From an uncultured ANME-1 euryarchaeote (GTDB taxonomy: Archaea; Halobacteriota; Syntropharchaeia; Alkanophagales; Methanospirareceae): DNA of 43,166 nt. Positions 1-8,330 of the stretch are shown piece by piece. How positions within the stretch are numbered: position 1 is the first letter of the stretch; each line of letters begins with the position of its first letter. The position numbers were made by a program, and so were the translations under genes. The DNA lies in contig CBDAFQ010000159.1 of the NCBI GenBank assembly GCA_965195275.1, forward strand, positions 1-43,166. Direction: 5' to 3'. The notes beneath the pieces were generated by a model, which did no database searches, was not told where the DNA came from, and saw only the letters and a program-made list of their open reading frames with translations.

Positions 1-603
1 ACGAAATATACAAAAAGGGGCGAAGAGATGTATAGGCAGATGGCGGTAAAGATAGGCGAAGTGGCTAAATATGTAAAAGGCGGCATGGCCGTCTTCTTCC
101 CCTCATACGCGCTTCTCAAAAGCGTTGCTACATACTTGCCAGACGCAGTAATGGGTAGGGTAATGGTAGAGCGGAGAGAGATGGGAAAGGAAGAGAAAAA
201 TAGGTTATATGAAACGCTGAGGGATGATACAGATGGTATATTGCTTGCCGTGCAGGGTGGCTCGTTTTCCGAAGGCATGGATTACGAATCCAATACGCTA
301 AAGGCGATTATCGTGGTTGGATTGCCGTTAAGCCCGCCAACGCTAGAGGTAAAGATGATAGAGGGCTATTATGTGCGCAAATACGGGGCGGAAACCGGTA
401 GGAACTACGGCTATCTCTACCCTGCGATTACAAAGGTGCTGCAAGCGGCTGGTAGAGGCATAAGAAGTGAGCAAGATCGTTGCATCATCGTTCTTATGGA
501 TTACCGATTTGCACAATATCCGTATAAAAAATGCCTACCCTCTGATTTCGATGTGACATATACCGGTAGATCAGAAGAGTATTGCAAAACGTTCTTCCGA
601 TGA
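1..603 (+). CDS. XPD/Rad3 (DinG-family) SF2 DNA helicase, C-terminal fragment; 5' end lies outside the window
   Basis: Frame is open from nt 1. Contains GGSFSEGMDY and the motif VI-like QAAGRGIRSEQDRCIIVLMDYRF typical of XPD-family helicase C-terminal domains. Confidence 0.7.
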   Translation, partial: TKYTKRGEEMYRQMAVKIGEVAKYVKGGMAVFFPSYALLKSVATYLPDAVMGRVMVERREMGKEEKNRLYETLRDDTDGILLAVQGGSFSEGMDYESNTLKAIIVVGLPLSPPTLEVKMIEGYYVRKYGAETGRNYGYLYPAITKVLQAAGRGIRSEQDRCIIVLMDYRFAQYPYKKCLPSDFDVTYTGRSEEYCKTFFR

Positions 604-613
604 GATGCCACAA

Positions 614-976
614 CTACTCATCAAGACCTTCGAGTTCGTCACCGAATTCCTCTTCTACTTCCTTCGCCAGGTCATCGCCGGCGCCCACAGCCAGTGCAGC
701 ATCTAATAGCTCTTTTACATAATTCCACTTCTCAAGTGCTCTTCCTTGGTCATCGGGGAAAGTATAAGTCTTTCTCGCCCATTGGCTATCTATTATCTCT
801 TCACCCTCCATTTTTTGCACCCAGTGAGTCTCTACAGAGATAAATTTACCATAGTCTCCCTCTTTGATGAAACCTCTCAATACTTGCCTTGGTGTCCCAT
901 CCTCATTTTTCAAAATCACTCTATATCCAACATCCTTTAATATCTTTATACTTGGTTTTGGTCTTACTTCGCTCAT
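614..976 (-). CDS. hypothetical small protein with strongly acidic C-terminal tail
   Basis: 120-aa ORF with coding-like composition, ending in EVEEEFGDELEGLDE. No family recognised. Confidence 0.45.
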   Translation of the reverse strand: MSEVRPKPSIKILKDVGYRVILKNEDGTPRQVLRGFIKEGDYGKFISVETHWVQKMEGEEIIDSQWARKTYTFPDDQGRALEKWNYVKELLDAALAVGAGDDLAKEVEEEFGDELEGLDE

Positions 977-1108
977 GGTTCTTCTTTCACCTATACCCTC
1001 ATAATTTATATACTCTTTATTTTTGTATATTTAAAGTCTATTAAGTAAAATTTCTGGTGAAGTTTTCTTTTTAATTGTATATAAAGTATAACCTCTACCT
1101 ACCTATTC

Positions 1109-1167
1109 AAGACGCAGATTTACACGGACTTAAGTTCTTCTGCGTTAATCTGCGTTAATCTGTGTCA
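1109..1167. repeat. short palindromic MITE-like intergenic repeat, copy 1
   Basis: AAGACGCAGATTTACACGGA ... TGCGTTAATCTGCGTTAATCTGTGTC. The left 20-mer is identical to 31760-31779. The right arm matches 31828-31853 at 24/26 positions. The arms are imperfect inverted repeats built from CAGATTTAC-like sub-repeats. Confidence 0.7.
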
Positions 1168-1203
1168 ATAATTACTTTTAGTTGGATATTATGCGTTCTT
1201 GGT

Positions 1204-1236
1204 GTACTAAACGATTTCGTTAGTACTTTATATTAG
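1204..1236 (+). promoter_or_regulatory. 9-bp-stem palindrome abutting a TATA-like box upstream of the surface-protein gene pair
   Basis: GTACTAAACGATTTCGTTAGTAC (1204-1226, one bulged A) is followed directly by TTTATATT, about 30 nt before the ATG at 1265. Confidence 0.35.
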
Positions 1237-1264
1237 AAGGCATATATAGTACAGTGTGTGAGCT

Positions 1265-2332
1265 ATGAAAAAGGAAGCGATAGGAACAAGGGGTATTTTT
1301 GTTATTCTCGTTTTAGCCTTGGCGCTCACATTTACTGTTTTCATAGCTAGCGGTAGTGCTGAGGTAACCGAGCTGAATGTGAACCCCAAAGTAGTTATAC
1401 CGGGCGATAATGTATCGTTATCCGGTAGGGCCGCGCCAAATGAGACAGTATGGATAACCTCGTCATTTGTTATTTCTTTACCTGTTTCAGATGGTAAATA
1501 TTCTGCGGAATTCGAGGACATTCTCTTCCCTCCGGGCGAGAAAAAGTTCTCAGTAACCGCAGAGAATGTAGTAGATATTCGAATATCATTAGGTCCTTTA
1601 TTCTTTTTCCCTGAGGTTGAGTATCCTCGTGACGGACCTCGAGAAGCAACCAACGGCATCGCAACTATCGCCATTTCAGTTCCGATTACTATGGGGAGTT
1701 TTACGGTTAATATTGATGGCGAATACGATGTCAATGCATATGGAAATGCTGCAGAAGATGCCGAATTTGTAAACTTGAGCATTGATATGTCTATCAAAGT
1801 AATAGCAGATACTAATGGCGAGTTTAAACTGGATGTAAACACTGGCGGAATACCTCTCGGCGAATTCGTGATCACTGTAGGAGCAATAAATAAGACGGTC
1901 GAGGTAGTTTCTACAAAGCCCGTATTCGATACCGGCTCGCCAGAATATCCATATCCCAGTATGTGTGGAACACATAACGGAACATTAACGCCAAATCATA
2001 CAATTACGGTATCAAAACTCTATACATATTCCTGCCCGGGTACATGCGGGCACACGGAACGAGTAACAATCCGGAACGATAAGGGCGTTATTGTAGAAGC
2101 AAATTGGACAGGCTATCGTGGCGATTGGCGTAATATAACCTTTGATGCTGTTACGCTCATAGCAGGGGAGACTTACAACTACAGCATTTGCACCGGCTCT
2201 TATCCTCAAATCATTCATGAACGTACGGCAAATGTGACTGGAGGGACAATCACATGCTCACAATTCACCGATGCAAATGGAAATGTCTATATTGATTGGA
2301 TTCCGGCCATTATATTATTGAATATGCCATAA
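1265..2332 (+). CDS. secreted/cell-surface protein, paralog A (shared N-terminal domain plus Cys-containing C-terminal domain)
   Basis: N-terminal signal/TM segment (GIFVILVLALALTFTVFIASGSA). About 200 aa are clearly homologous to the next ORF (VTELNVNPKVV...SSFVISLPVSDGKYSAEF vs VTDLNVNPSVV...SSFVISLPVSEGKYSEEF). Confidence 0.75.
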   Translation: MKKEAIGTRGIFVILVLALALTFTVFIASGSAEVTELNVNPKVVIPGDNVSLSGRAAPNETVWITSSFVISLPVSDGKYSAEFEDILFPPGEKKFSVTAENVVDIRISLGPLFFFPEVEYPRDGPREATNGIATIAISVPITMGSFTVNIDGEYDVNAYGNAAEDAEFVNLSIDMSIKVIADTNGEFKLDVNTGGIPLGEFVITVGAINKTVEVVSTKPVFDTGSPEYPYPSMCGTHNGTLTPNHTITVSKLYTYSCPGTCGHTERVTIRNDKGVIVEANWTGYRGDWRNITFDAVTLIAGETYNYSICTGSYPQIIHERTANVTGGTITCSQFTDANGNVYIDWIPAIILLNMP

Positions 2333-2349
2333 TGCGAAATTGATTCTAA

Positions 2350-3372
2350 GTGTTTGAGATGAACATGAAACATATTAATGTGGTGCCGTGCATAGGTCTA
2401 TTGTTACTCTGTGCGTTCATAGTTTCAGTAACAAATGCAGGTGCAAGCGTAACGGACCTGAATGTGAACCCCTCTGTTGTTGTGCAGGGAGAGACACTAT
2501 CAATATCAGGGAAGGCAACACCAAACGAGGCGGTATGGCTGAAATCGTCATTCGTGATTTCTTTACCCGTTTCAGAAGGTAAATATTCAGAAGAATTCAA
2601 AGACATTCGCTTCCCGACGGGAAAGAAGACATTTTCGGTAAGAGCGAAGAACATAAATGATATTCGCGTTTCGTTAGGTCCGCTATTTTTTATGACAATT
2701 GAATACCCCATAGGTGGGCCCCAAAAAGCAACGAATGGTATTGCTACACTTTCTATTTCTCTGCCCTTTTCTGGGATTGATGTCACGGGCAAAAAGAATG
2801 TAAATGTATATGGAGCAGCATTAGATGACGCAACTTCTGTAATTCTGACAACTGACATGTCGATTAAAGTACCCGCAGATAAAAATGGTGATTTTATACT
2901 TGACCTTGATACCGAGGGAGTCCCACTCGGTGAATTCTCGATTGCCGCAGGGGGAAAAGAAAAGACTGTTCAAATTGTCCGTACTAAACCCAAATCAACT
3001 CCCACGCCAGGACCGTCACATGATCGTGACGAAGAACCAGTCATCTCGCCTACCCCCACTATAACACCTACTATCGCCCTAACACCTTTATCAAGCCAAA
3101 AGTCTTCGATCGCTCCAACATCTTCGCCCAGTCAAAAGCAGACGCAAACACCAGAGTCTACGCCGGGTCAAAAGCAAACGGTGACACTTGAACCCACGCC
3201 GGGTCAAAAGCAAACACCAAAACCCACGCTAGATCAAAAGCAAAAGCAAACGCCAACAGCAGAACCATCGCCAAGTCCTCCGTCACGCCTAATACCGGGC
3301 TTTGAAGCCTTTTTCGCTATTGCAGGACTCCTTACAGTTGCATATTTAGTGCTAGCATTAAGAAGGAAATGA
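2350..3372 (+). CDS. cell-surface protein, paralog B, with Pro/Thr/Gln-rich linker and PGF-CTERM archaeal sorting signal
   Basis: Has a signal peptide and the shared N-domain. A low-complexity linker carries PGQKQT-type repeats. The C-terminus RLIPGFEAFFAIAGLLTVAYLVLALRRK reads as PGF motif, then TM helix, then basic tail. The start may be an internal Met (2359/2365). Confidence 0.8.
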   Translation: MFEMNMKHINVVPCIGLLLLCAFIVSVTNAGASVTDLNVNPSVVVQGETLSISGKATPNEAVWLKSSFVISLPVSEGKYSEEFKDIRFPTGKKTFSVRAKNINDIRVSLGPLFFMTIEYPIGGPQKATNGIATLSISLPFSGIDVTGKKNVNVYGAALDDATSVILTTDMSIKVPADKNGDFILDLDTEGVPLGEFSIAAGGKEKTVQIVRTKPKSTPTPGPSHDRDEEPVISPTPTITPTIALTPLSSQKSSIAPTSSPSQKQTQTPESTPGQKQTVTLEPTPGQKQTPKPTLDQKQKQTPTAEPSPSPPSRLIPGFEAFFAIAGLLTVAYLVLALRRK

Positions 3373-3387
3373 GATTAAATGATTTTA

Positions 3388-4899
3388 TTACAGCGAGTTC
3401 TTGAATAGCTCTTCGTCCTGCCCATAATTGCGATCCAATCGCAGTGCAAGCTCGGCTTTTGTTAATTCCATGCTCAGATAAGCGGCATGTCCAAGTAAGG
3501 AAATTAGGCCCAATCGCAGGATAGTATCCATCACCTCCTTTGCACTGCTGCCTACTATCCGCTTCCGGGTAGGTATATGTTCGGCATATATCATTGTTCT
3601 GTTTTCTACTGCACAAATACCTATTCTGAAACATCCCTTTGGATCTAGTTTCCACCCCTCAGTCATCATTGTCGGGATATTTAGCTCATCATGAAATCGC
3701 ATGATCTGCTTCCTCCTCTTCTCCTTTAGCACTAAAAGATCAAGTCCAATATCCTTGGGTGCACTTTTACGTGCCTTTGCGAGCATCATCATCTCTGATG
3801 CGACCCGCAGCTCTCTTACACTGCCTCTCGCCTTGTCACTGTATTCGGGAGTGAAGATAATATCAGCATTCAAGTCAGATGCTATACCTGCTAAGGTCGC
3901 GTTTACACCAGTTGAATCCGCGTCCATAAGCTCTGTTACATTTCCAACGCCGAAGAAAAGGGGTGTGCCCTTGTCTTCCGCCCGGAACAGATAATAGTTA
4001 TATATTGATTTAGCAATTCCATATCCTATTGCATTCAACACGGGGTCTGCAATTAGGTGCTTTATGCCCTGTTCCTTAGCCATTTTCATGTTTGCAAATA
4101 GACTTTCAGGCGAGGAATCGGGAATTACAACCGCAGCGATATCATTCTTCGCTATCGCATCACTCACCTTTGGTATATTCTCGCTAGTCAGGCTGAGGAC
4201 CATATCAACGCCGGTCTCTATGCCCGTAAGAATAAGCTCCTCGTCCAGGGTATCAACAGAAATAGGGACGTCGTCCGCGACGGCTAAAACTGCTTTTACT
4301 GCTCGTTTTACCTCGTCTGGTTTAGCTCCGATATGAACGCCAATGTCTATTATGTCCGCGCCGTTTTCCAGGAAGTACTCCATCTTTCTTTCTATCGTAT
4401 CAGCACTGAGCTGTGTTGCATCCACAATTTCCGCGCAGACTTTCATTCTCGCTCCGCCACCTATTTTCACACCTTTTATCGCAAATTCCGGGTTTATATT
4501 GCATTCCAAAGCATCCAGGTGCGTCTTCGCATACTCTTTTCTCTTTACCGCTATAAGTTCATCGGCCGGTATGTGAGGTGATAATTGTATCTTCTCTGCG
4601 AATGGTAAAATATCTCCGAGATCATAGGCATGTCTGGGTCCCAACCGAATTGGCGTACCTATTTCTTTCTCTAAGCCACTAAAATCTGATTTGCAAAGAC
4701 CCGAAACTAAAATCAAATCGGGCTTTTCCGAACGGTAAATCTTTTCTAACGCTCTTTTCAGCGATTGGGGAGTGGAGAAAGCAGCAATGTTTATGTCTTG
4801 TGTAAGGACATCGCACTTCACAGAGGTTACACTTCTTATAGCTTCTGTAACCATACCCGCTGCTTCCTTTCCTGTTGCTAATAATACGCGCATTAGCAC
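3388..4899 (-). CDS. dihydropteroate synthase-related protein (archaeal MJ0107-type, pterin-binding domain; probable methanopterin-pathway role)
   Basis: 503 aa with the pterin-binding-type motif ENGADIIDIGVH in the central domain. Size and architecture fit the roughly 500-aa methanogen DHPS-related family. Confidence 0.6.
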   Translation of the reverse strand: MLMRVLLATGKEAAGMVTEAIRSVTSVKCDVLTQDINIAAFSTPQSLKRALEKIYRSEKPDLILVSGLCKSDFSGLEKEIGTPIRLGPRHAYDLGDILPFAEKIQLSPHIPADELIAVKRKEYAKTHLDALECNINPEFAIKGVKIGGGARMKVCAEIVDATQLSADTIERKMEYFLENGADIIDIGVHIGAKPDEVKRAVKAVLAVADDVPISVDTLDEELILTGIETGVDMVLSLTSENIPKVSDAIAKNDIAAVVIPDSSPESLFANMKMAKEQGIKHLIADPVLNAIGYGIAKSIYNYYLFRAEDKGTPLFFGVGNVTELMDADSTGVNATLAGIASDLNADIIFTPEYSDKARGSVRELRVASEMMMLAKARKSAPKDIGLDLLVLKEKRRKQIMRFHDELNIPTMMTEGWKLDPKGCFRIGICAVENRTMIYAEHIPTRKRIVGSSAKEVMDTILRLGLISLLGHAAYLSMELTKAELALRLDRNYGQDEELFKNSL

Positions 4900-4905
4900 T
4901 TTGTA

Positions 4906-5874
4906 TTATATGGCGTTTTTGCTTTTCTTCTTCACGTTCAGCTTTTCTACGCCTTTTTTCCTTTTGAATTTCTTACTCTCCTTCTTCTCCAGATACAGCT
5001 TTAATAGCCCTGCGTTCAGCAGCCATGTATTCGCCAGATCCATAACGAGCCCGAAGAGAAGCACAAGCGATATATCCACCAATATAGGAATAGGCGCAAA
5101 ATGAGAGGAAAACAAATGAATAGAAGAAGAAACGATGAACATGGCGAATACTGCAGATAGGGTAGTGAAAGTCATAGTTATGCCGGTTTTCATAGCTTTT
5201 CTTATCTTCACATCTAAATCGCCTTTTTTACGGAGCAGATTGGTCGTCAATAGTATGTTAGAGTCCACGGAATAGCCAATGAGCATGAGCAATGCTGCTA
5301 CCGTGCCGAGCGATAATTCCATTCCTATCAGATTCATACAGGCAATTGCGACAACGATGTCAGAGAAAGCGGCGAAGATTACTGCTAATGGTGGGATGAT
5401 CATTCGGAACGCCACGAAGACAACAATAGCCATGAAAATAAAGGCGAATAGAATAGCCTTTAATGCCTGGGTTTGGTATTGTAACCCGAATTGTGCGCTA
5501 ATACTCTCTAATTCGTACGTACCCACCCCATATTCGTTATTGAGCGTTACTATCAGCCGGTCATACTCTAGCGAATCGCTTGTCAGATCGAATTCTATCC
5601 GCTTCTCATTCCCTACGCCTGTTTCACCTACGAGGATGACCGAATAACTGTCAAACTTCGCAGCTAACGCTTCTTTCGTTTCGTCTGTGCTTATCTTCAC
5701 CCACGTACCGCCCGTAAAATCCATGCCTAAGTGGACCGGCGAACCAACGCTCATCTGCGTGTACGCGATCACGACGAAAGCGAGCAGCAAAAGGATAAGG
5801 GGTATCGCGATCAGTTTCTTCGCGGAGTATTTCGTTATATCTATTTTGTCCAAGAAGCTTTCTTTCTCACTCAT
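4906..5874 (-). CDS. secF: protein-export membrane protein SecF
   Basis: N-terminal TM segment, then GMDFTGGTWVKIS, then a C-terminal six-helix hydrophobic block typical of SecF. Carries an unusual Lys-rich tail of about 30 aa. Only 6 nt separate it from the downstream DHPS-like gene. Confidence 0.75.
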   Translation of the reverse strand: MSEKESFLDKIDITKYSAKKLIAIPLILLLLAFVVIAYTQMSVGSPVHLGMDFTGGTWVKISTDETKEALAAKFDSYSVILVGETGVGNEKRIEFDLTSDSLEYDRLIVTLNNEYGVGTYELESISAQFGLQYQTQALKAILFAFIFMAIVVFVAFRMIIPPLAVIFAAFSDIVVAIACMNLIGMELSLGTVAALLMLIGYSVDSNILLTTNLLRKKGDLDVKIRKAMKTGITMTFTTLSAVFAMFIVSSSIHLFSSHFAPIPILVDISLVLLFGLVMDLANTWLLNAGLLKLYLEKKESKKFKRKKGVEKLNVKKKSKNAI

Positions 5875-6011
5875 ACTAGTTTCTCTTTTATTGGCATATC
5901 CATATTGGATAGATAGGTATAAAGATTTATTTATGCTATTGTAACATTAAAGCATAGGAGTTATGTAATCATAATGACTATCATTTTGACCCAAAACGTT
6001 GGTATAGGCTA

Positions 6012-8330
6012 ATGAAGAAGTTTGAGATACATGATGCGAAAGATGATGATTTAAAGCGAATAAGTGAACTTATGGGCCTTTCGCTGAATATAGAAGAGAT
6101 GCGCACGATAAAGCGATATTTCCAGTTGAAGCGCAGGGCGCCAACGGATGTGGAGCTGCAGAGCATTGCACAGGCATGGTCAGAACATTGCTGTTACAAG
6201 AGCTCGAAAAAGATCTTGCAAAAATATATCTTCGGCATTGATGCGCCGCAGAGCATATTAGCGGTAAAAGAAGATGCCGGTGTGGTAGAATTTGATGCGG
6301 AGCATGCTTATGTCTTGGCGTTCGAGAGTCATAACCACCCTTCGGCGATAGAGCCTTACGGCGGTGCGGCAACAGGTATAGGCGGTATCGTCAGGGATGT
6401 GATCTGCATGGGTGCTCAGCCTATTGCATTGATTGACCCCTTATTCTTCGGTCCTCTGGATTATAGCTATGAGAAGCTGCCTGCGGAGGTGAAGCATCCA
6501 AAGTTCCTGTTTGATGGTGTTGTTGCGGGTATAAGCGACTACGGGAATCGGATAGGCATTCCAACGTGTGCGGGGATGGTATATTTTGACGATGGCTACG
6601 TGGGCAATTGCGTAGTGAATGTAGGCTGCGTAGGGATAATGAAGAAGTCCGATTTGAGCAGAAGCATAGCACGTGAAGGCGAGTTGCTTGTTCTGGTCGG
6701 AGGTAAAACCGGGCGAGATGGCATACACGGTGTTACCTTTGCTTCGGTAGAGTTAACAGGGGAGGAGGAATTCAGAAGTGCCGTTCAAGTTGGCGACCCG
6801 ATAACAAAGGAGCCGCTAATGCATGCGATATTAGAATCGAATGATAAGAAGTTGATAAGTGGGATGAAGGATCTCGGTGGCGGCGGGTTATCGTGCGCAG
6901 TGAGCGAGATGTGCCATGCGGGTGGGTGTAGTGCAGAGATACATTTAGATAGGGTGAAGTTAAAGGAAGAAGGGCTAAGCGCATGGGAGATCTGGGTTTC
7001 GGAATCCCAAGAACGGTTTTTAATCGGAACATCAGAAGCGAATGTGGACGAGCTGCTGGCGATATTTAATAAATGGGATGTGGACGCGGTGATTCTAGGA
7101 CAAACATTTAAAAACCTTTCTTCTGAAGTGAATGCGTCACCAAAGAAACTAAAGATTATTTACCGTGGTGAGAATATATTCGAGCTGGATACAGATTTTC
7201 TTGTGTCATGTCCACTTTACGAACGTACGATGGAGATAAAGGCACGTGATGAGGCAGAACCTCTAATGGATGCGCCTGATGACTATAATGTCATTTTAAA
7301 ACAGTTGCTTGCAGCACCTAATATCGCATCGCGCGAAGGTGTTATAAGACAATATGACCATGAAGTGCGAGCGTCTACGGTGATAAAGCCGATGCAGGGG
7401 ATAATAGGGGAAGAGACGCATGGCGATGCAGCGGTGATAAAGCCACTGGAAGAATCCTATATGGGACTCGCTATTACTTCTGACGTAAATCCATCATATT
7501 GTAACATTAATCCGTTCTGGGGTGCTGCGAGTGCGATAGACGAAATATGTAGGAATTTGACTGCGGTTGGTGCAGTGCCACAGTCATTTGCAGATTGCTT
7601 GAATTTCGGTAATCCCGAGAAGCCGGACCGGATGGGGGACTTCTATGAATGCTGTCGTGGTTTAGGTCACATGGCTTCTTCGCTTGGCGTACCGTTTGTG
7701 AGTGGTAATGTGAGCTTATATAATGAGTCCGCAGCTATGAATGAATCTATCCCACCCACACCCGCTATTCTGGGCATAGGGATATGTGAAGATATAAGGG
7801 AATGCGTTACTGTGGATTTAAAGGAAGCGGGGAATTTACTGTTTCTTATTGGCGACACAAAGAAGGAATTGGGTGGCAGTGAGTATTATAATTTGCGGTG
7901 TGTGGAAGGAGGATTAGTGCCGAGGACCGACCCAAAAGTGCTGAAGCGGTCTATGGTTGCGTTATTGGACACGATGAGGGCGGGGTTAGTAGCAAGCTGT
8001 CATGACATTTCGGAAGGTGGGCTCGCAGTTGCAGTATGCGAGATGAGTATGGGCGGAGATAGCGGCGTTTACATTGATATTGGTGCTGTGAATCCCGAAC
8101 TGAGGAGCGATTACAAGTTGTTCTCGGAATCTAACACGAGGTGGGTGGTGGAGGTGCCGAAAGCGGAAGTAGGAAGGTTTGAAGCGTTGATGGCTACACA
8201 TGGCGTTTGTATAATTGAAATAGGGACGGTGACAAAAGATAAGCTGGTCAGTATAAGCGACAATGGCACGGAATTGGTGGATATTTCGATAGATGCTGTG
8301 AGAGCGGCATGGGGGAATCATCTTACGTGA
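6012..8330 (+). CDS. purL: phosphoribosylformylglycinamidine synthase subunit PurL (FGAM synthase II)
   Basis: 772 aa. Contains ESHNHPSAIEPYGGAATGIGGIVRD and duplicated AIR-synthase-like domains characteristic of PurL. Confidence 0.9.
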   Translation: MKKFEIHDAKDDDLKRISELMGLSLNIEEMRTIKRYFQLKRRAPTDVELQSIAQAWSEHCCYKSSKKILQKYIFGIDAPQSILAVKEDAGVVEFDAEHAYVLAFESHNHPSAIEPYGGAATGIGGIVRDVICMGAQPIALIDPLFFGPLDYSYEKLPAEVKHPKFLFDGVVAGISDYGNRIGIPTCAGMVYFDDGYVGNCVVNVGCVGIMKKSDLSRSIAREGELLVLVGGKTGRDGIHGVTFASVELTGEEEFRSAVQVGDPITKEPLMHAILESNDKKLISGMKDLGGGGLSCAVSEMCHAGGCSAEIHLDRVKLKEEGLSAWEIWVSESQERFLIGTSEANVDELLAIFNKWDVDAVILGQTFKNLSSEVNASPKKLKIIYRGENIFELDTDFLVSCPLYERTMEIKARDEAEPLMDAPDDYNVILKQLLAAPNIASREGVIRQYDHEVRASTVIKPMQGIIGEETHGDAAVIKPLEESYMGLAITSDVNPSYCNINPFWGAASAIDEICRNLTAVGAVPQSFADCLNFGNPEKPDRMGDFYECCRGLGHMASSLGVPFVSGNVSLYNESAAMNESIPPTPAILGIGICEDIRECVTVDLKEAGNLLFLIGDTKKELGGSEYYNLRCVEGGLVPRTDPKVLKRSMVALLDTMRAGLVASCHDISEGGLAVAVCEMSMGGDSGVYIDIGAVNPELRSDYKLFSESNTRWVVEVPKAEVGRFEALMATHGVCIIEIGTVTKDKLVSISDNGTELVDISIDAVRAAWGNHLT

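Noticed and set aside
1228-2858. Long antisense ORFs (1228-1875 and 2346-2858, minus strand) opposite the two surface-protein genes. They even resemble each other.
   Set aside because: Their similarity simply mirrors the paralogy of the sense genes. They lack start context and have Ser/Thr-rich, low-complexity composition, so they are shadow ORFs.
2989-3286. Short periodic repeats (PGQKQT-type) and the 114-nt and 222-nt tandem repeats elsewhere, considered as possible CRISPR arrays.
   Set aside because: All lie inside open reading frames and keep the reading frame. They have no unique spacers of constant length, and no cas genes are nearby.
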